From the IMG/VR virus record IMGVR_UViG_3300045988_040126: DNA of 45,135 nt; one strand, written 5' to 3'. Made by a program: the position numbers and the translations under genes. Positions within the stretch are counted from its first letter, which is position 1, and each line of letters starts with the position of its first letter. Below the pieces are notes generated by a model that worked only from the letters and a program-made list of their open reading frames with translations, did not search any database and had not been told where the DNA came from. The stretch comes from a virus. Below are positions 41,872 to 45,135 of the stretch, one piece after another.

Positions 41872-42390
41872 ATGAAAGTTGATAACGGTACAACTAACTT
41901 TGCCGTATATGAGGACGCAACCGAATTTTACGGCATGGCGGAAGTTACGCTTCCCGAAATCTCGCAGATTGCGGAAGAGGTCAAGGGCGCGGGCATTTCC
42001 GGCGCGTTCAACGGCGCGTTCGTGGGCCACATCGAAGCTATGACGCTGACCCTGAATTTCCGTTCCGTGACCGCCGACGCGATCAAGCTTGCGGAGCCGC
42101 GGAATCACCAGCTTGACCTCCGCGCCGCCCAGCAGTATTGGGACAACACCGCGGGCAAGTTCGTTCAGCAGGCCGTCAAACACGTTTTGATCGTCACGCC
42201 GACGAAGTTTGCCCCCGGCAAGCTTGCCCCCGCCGCGTCCGCGGAAGCTTCCGGGGAGTATGCGGCAACCTATTTCGCAACCTACATCGACGGAGTGAAG
42301 AAAATGGAGATCGACATTCTGAACTTCATTTACTTTGTCAACGGGGTTGACTACCTCGCGGACGTTCGCAAGGCGTTGGGCAAGGCGTAA
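41872..42390 (+). CDS. major tail tube protein (P2 FII-like)
   Basis: 172 aa. NFAVYED...YGMAEVTLPEI.....E.KGAGISG matches the tube family pattern. Confidence 0.85.
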   Translation: MKVDNGTTNFAVYEDATEFYGMAEVTLPEISQIAEEVKGAGISGAFNGAFVGHIEAMTLTLNFRSVTADAIKLAEPRNHQLDLRAAQQYWDNTAGKFVQQAVKHVLIVTPTKFAPGKLAPAASAEASGEYAATYFATYIDGVKKMEIDILNFIYFVNGVDYLADVRKALGKA

Positions 42391-42391
42391 G

Positions 42392-42420
42392 ACCCGGCAG
42401 GACTTCCCCGCCGGGCTTTC
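42392..42420 (+). terminator. terminator/attenuator-like hairpin after the tube gene
   Basis: acccggcagg-acttc-cccgccgggc followed by tttcttatgcccTTTTTT. Confidence 0.45.
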
Positions 42421-42476
42421 TTATGCCCTTTTTTCTGTATCTAAAAATCTGAAATAACGAATCGGAGGAAAAGACA

Positions 42477-42890
42477 ATGAGCGAAGCTATCAAGAACACC
42501 GCCACACAGGGCGCAGAACAGGCCGCAGGGACGGCGGCAACATCTCTAACCCCGGCAGTTACCCCGGAAGCCACAAAGAAGCCCACAGGGGCGAACGTGG
42601 GCGTTTATACGCACAAGTTCAAGACCCCGTTTGAATACGGCGGCGCGACCTATGAGGAATTGACGTTCAATTTTGAGCGTTTGACCGGGCACGACATGGT
42701 GGCAATCGAAACCGAAATGCAGATGAACAACGAATACGCGCTTGCGCCCGAAATCTCCCGGAACTTCCAGAGCAAGATGGCGGCGCGGGCCGCGGGTATC
42801 GGAAGCGACGTGCTGGACGCTATGCCGTTGCCCGACTTCAACCGTATTACGAACGCCGCGCGTGATTTTTTACTGTCTACGGGCTATTAA
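42477..42890 (+). CDS. tail assembly chaperone (P2 gpE-like), zero-frame product
   Basis: 137 aa between the tube and tape measure genes. The pattern F..PFEY.G..Y.ELTF...RLTG.D is gpE-like. Confidence 0.8.
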   Translation: MSEAIKNTATQGAEQAAGTAATSLTPAVTPEATKKPTGANVGVYTHKFKTPFEYGGATYEELTFNFERLTGHDMVAIETEMQMNNEYALAPEISRNFQSKMAARAAGIGSDVLDAMPLPDFNRITNAARDFLLSTGY

Positions 42891-43069
42891 AACGCCCGGC
42901 CCGCTGGTGGCGGCGGGAGTGTTACCGACTTGCAAAGGCGACAAACACGCCTATTCCGTTTTGGCTTGATATGACAACGGCGGAGATCGTGCAATGGATA
43001 AGGGACATAAACGCCGCCGCCACGGAAGATAAAGAACGCGCGGAGAGAGAACGACAGCAAAGGGGGTGA
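42477..43069 (+). CDS. tail assembly chaperone, predicted -1 frameshift product (gpE+E'-like)
   Basis: Slippery T_TTT_TTA at 42866-42872 in the zero frame. The -1 frame is open from 42866 to the TGA at 43067-43069, 4 nt before the tape measure start. Confidence 0.65.
42866..42872 (+). promoter_or_regulatory. programmed -1 ribosomal frameshift slippery heptamer TTTTTTA
   Basis: Frame-0 codons are gaT TTT TTA, six codons before the chaperone stop. Confidence 0.65.
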
Positions 43070-43073
43070 GCCT

Positions 43074-45135
43074 TTGGCGGGAAGAAAAGAATTTGAATTG
43101 CTTTTTAAGCTTCAGGCGACGCTGGGGAGCGGGTTTAATTCCAGTTTCAACAGCGCAATGAACGCGTCAAAGCAGTTACAAGGCAACCTTTCCAAAATCA
43201 ACGCGCTTTCCGGGAAGATCGAGGGGTTCCAAAAGCAGAGCGCCGCCCTTGAAGCGAACAAAGACAAGCTGGCGAAGCTGACAGAGGAACACGACCGCTT
43301 ACAGCGGGAAATGAGCCAAACGGAACAGCCGTCGGAAGCCTTGCGGCAGAAAATGGAGAGGAACGCCCGCCAGATTGAGCAAACCACCGCAAAAATTCAG
43401 GAACAGGAAGCCCGGCTGGGTCAACTCGGCGACGAACTACGCGACGCAGGGGTTGACACAGACAATTTGACCGCGGAGAACGAACGGCTGGCCGAAAGTT
43501 ACGAACAGGTCCGCCGGAATCAGGAGCGGCTGGCGAAGATCGGACAGGCACAGCAGAAAAACAGCGAAGCGATTTCAAAGACAAAGACACAGCTTGCCGG
43601 GACGATTGGGACCATTGCCGCGCTGGGGACGGCGATTTATGCCGGACCCGTTCAAAAGTCGATAGAGTTTCAAACGGCGATGGCGAAAGTCGGCACGATT
43701 GCCGACACGAACGTTGTTCCCCTTTCGCAAATGCAGAAAGAGATCATCAATCTGTCTAACGCGCTGGGGGTCAATGCAAGCACCGTCGCGGAGGACGTTT
43801 ACAACGCGATTTCCGCCGGGCAAAAAACTTCCGACGCGGTTGCATTCGTGGAAAAAGCGACCATGCTTGCAAAGGGCGGCTTTGCCGAAACCGGGCAGGC
43901 GCTGGACGTTCTGACGACGATTCTAAATGCCTACGGTATGGAATCGTCGAAAACGGAAGAAATTTCTAATATGCTGATTACGACGCAAAACCGCGGCAAA
44001 GTCACCGTCGCGGAATTGTCGTCGGTCATGGGTAAAGTGATTCCGACCGCGAATGCAAACAACGTCGCGCTGGAACAGCTTTGCGCGGGCTACTCCATTA
44101 TGACAGCCCGCGGCATTGCCGCCGCCGAAACGACAACGCACATGAACAGTATGTTGAATGAATTAGGCAAAAGCGGCACGTCGGCAGATAAAGCGTTAAG
44201 ACAAGCCGCGGGAAAAGGATTCAGCGAACTGATGGCGGAGGGGAAAAGCCTTGCGGACGTTCTGAACATCTTGCAGGGTGAAGCCGACAAGAGCGGAAAA
44301 ACCCTTGCGGATATGTTCGGGAGCGCGGAAGCAGGAAAAGCCGCCCTTACGCTGATGGCAAACGGCGTTGAGGGATTCAACGACGAAGTTTCCGCAATGG
44401 TAGACAGCACCGGGGCCGCACAAGCCGCCTACGAAAAAATGATGAACACGACCGAAGAGAAGATAAAAAAGGCAAAAACGGCCTTGTCGAATCTCGGTAT
44501 TGTGTTGGGTGATACGTTCTTACCATACGTCACAACCGCGGCGGAAAAGTTGTCGGATTTGGTGACGAAGTTTTCGGCATGGGCGCAGGAAAACCCGAAA
44601 TTGCTTTCAACAATCGTCAAGGTTGCCGCGGCCCTTTTGACATTAAAGGCCGGGGGGCAAGCGGGAAAGCTTGCGTTCTTGGAAATCAAGGGCGGAATAT
44701 TGGGGATTCAAGGCGCATTTGCGAAGATGAAAGCGTTTAACGCGTCCGGCGGTATAAAGGGCCTGTTTTCAGGGCTTGGAGGTATCAAAGGAAAGCTTTT
44801 GCCCCTTGTCGGTATCATCGGCGGCGTTGCCCTTGCAATCAAGCTGATTTCCGGCAATCTCGAAGAGGTCCGCGGATGGATTCAACAGACGTTCGGTGAC
44901 GGCGCGCTTGCCGTGTTTGACAAGGTGTGGGGCGTGATTCAGAACGTCGGCGCGGCAATCAAAGGCGTTTTCAGCGGTGAGGGCATGGGAAACGCCCGGA
45001 ATTTCTTTGAAGAGCATTTCGGAGAAGCGGGCGTTGCCGTGTTTGATTCGATCATCGGCGTTGTGGAGCAGTTAAAGGGAATCTTGCCCGTTCTGCAATC
45101 GCTACTTCAAGCACTTATGCCGATCATTCAGGCCG
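43074..45135 (+). CDS. tail tape measure protein, N-terminal part (continues at 1-801; total 935 aa)
   Basis: TTG start after AGGGGG. Coiled-coil N-terminus and a TP901-type core (VGTIADT...AISAGQ...A.....A.....AKGGFAE). The frame is open to the end of the window and across the junction. Confidence 0.9.
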   Translation, partial: MAGRKEFELLFKLQATLGSGFNSSFNSAMNASKQLQGNLSKINALSGKIEGFQKQSAALEANKDKLAKLTEEHDRLQREMSQTEQPSEALRQKMERNARQIEQTTAKIQEQEARLGQLGDELRDAGVDTDNLTAENERLAESYEQVRRNQERLAKIGQAQQKNSEAISKTKTQLAGTIGTIAALGTAIYAGPVQKSIEFQTAMAKVGTIADTNVVPLSQMQKEIINLSNALGVNASTVAEDVYNAISAGQKTSDAVAFVEKATMLAKGGFAETGQALDVLTTILNAYGMESSKTEEISNMLITTQNRGKVTVAELSSVMGKVIPTANANNVALEQLCAGYSIMTARGIAAAETTTHMNSMLNELGKSGTSADKALRQAAGKGFSELMAEGKSLADVLNILQGEADKSGKTLADMFGSAEAGKAALTLMANGVEGFNDEVSAMVDSTGAAQAAYEKMMNTTEEKIKKAKTALSNLGIVLGDTFLPYVTTAAEKLSDLVTKFSAWAQENPKLLSTIVKVAAALLTLKAGGQAGKLAFLEIKGGILGIQGAFAKMKAFNASGGIKGLFSGLGGIKGKLLPLVGIIGGVALAIKLISGNLEEVRGWIQQTFGDGALAVFDKVWGVIQNVGAAIKGVFSGEGMGNARNFFEEHFGEAGVAVFDSIIGVVEQLKGILPVLQSLLQALMPIIQA
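45081..45135. repeat. 55-bp terminal overlap identical to 1-55
   Basis: Exact duplicate of the window start. Confidence 0.95.

Noticed and set aside
39781-42183. 800-aa ORF on the minus strand
   Set aside because: It is exactly antisense to the well-supported HeH, sheath and tube genes. It has Arg/Gly/Val-rich low-complexity composition typical of antisense frames in GC-rich DNA, and no RBS or family motif.
1-45135. CRISPR arrays, tRNA genes and rRNA genes
   Set aside because: No spaced short-repeat arrays or cloverleaf-like or rRNA-like segments were noticed in the few non-coding gaps. This was not checked with a dedicated tool.

Overview
The window is a complete, circularly closed phage genome. 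Bases 1-55 repeat exactly at 45081-45135, so the unit length is about 45,080 bp. GC content is high and ribosome-binding sites are GGAGG-type, which suggests a Bacillota/Clostridia-like host (inference). Nearly all genes are on the + strand. The modules, in order:

- **Tail and baseplate (1-6156):** P2/Mu-like contractile tail and baseplate genes (X, D, V, U-like, W, J, I, fibre).
- **DGR (6376-10030):** a diversity-generating retroelement, organised avd - TR - reverse transcriptase - target.
- **Lysis (10512-13863):** membrane proteins, a multidomain endolysin and an LL-H-type holin.
- **Accessory/immunity island (13932-18515):** two leftward genes, a divergent promoter region with an 18-bp palindromic operator, a ribbon-helix-helix (RHH) gene, a lipoprotein, an XRE regulator, an IS30-family DDE transposase and an IS30 HTH-only ORF.
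- **Early/replication region (18548-30474):** small zinc-ribbon ORFs, a second remote DGR target, an HUH Rep-like gene, two DNA methyltransferases, an ASCH protein, ParA/ParB and an ArpU/sigma-like late regulator.
- **Packaging and head (30673-38415):** lambda-like genes (Nu1-like, GpA TerL, gpW, portal, ClpP protease, decoration, capsid E).
- **Neck, sheath and tube (38415-45135):** neck genes, sheath, tube, a tail chaperone with a -1 frameshift site, and a tape measure gene that wraps across the junction.

The most notable system is the DGR. One 95-bp adenine-rich template repeat matches two variable repeats in two different genes, 2 kb and 14 kb away, and the differences are almost exclusively at template adenines.

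Secondary points:
- The only recombinase is an IS30-family DDE enzyme placed behind a phage operator/promoter.
- ParA/ParB plus an HUH Rep-like gene suggest a possible phage-plasmid lifestyle.

All family assignments come from motif recognition by eye. No database search was run.
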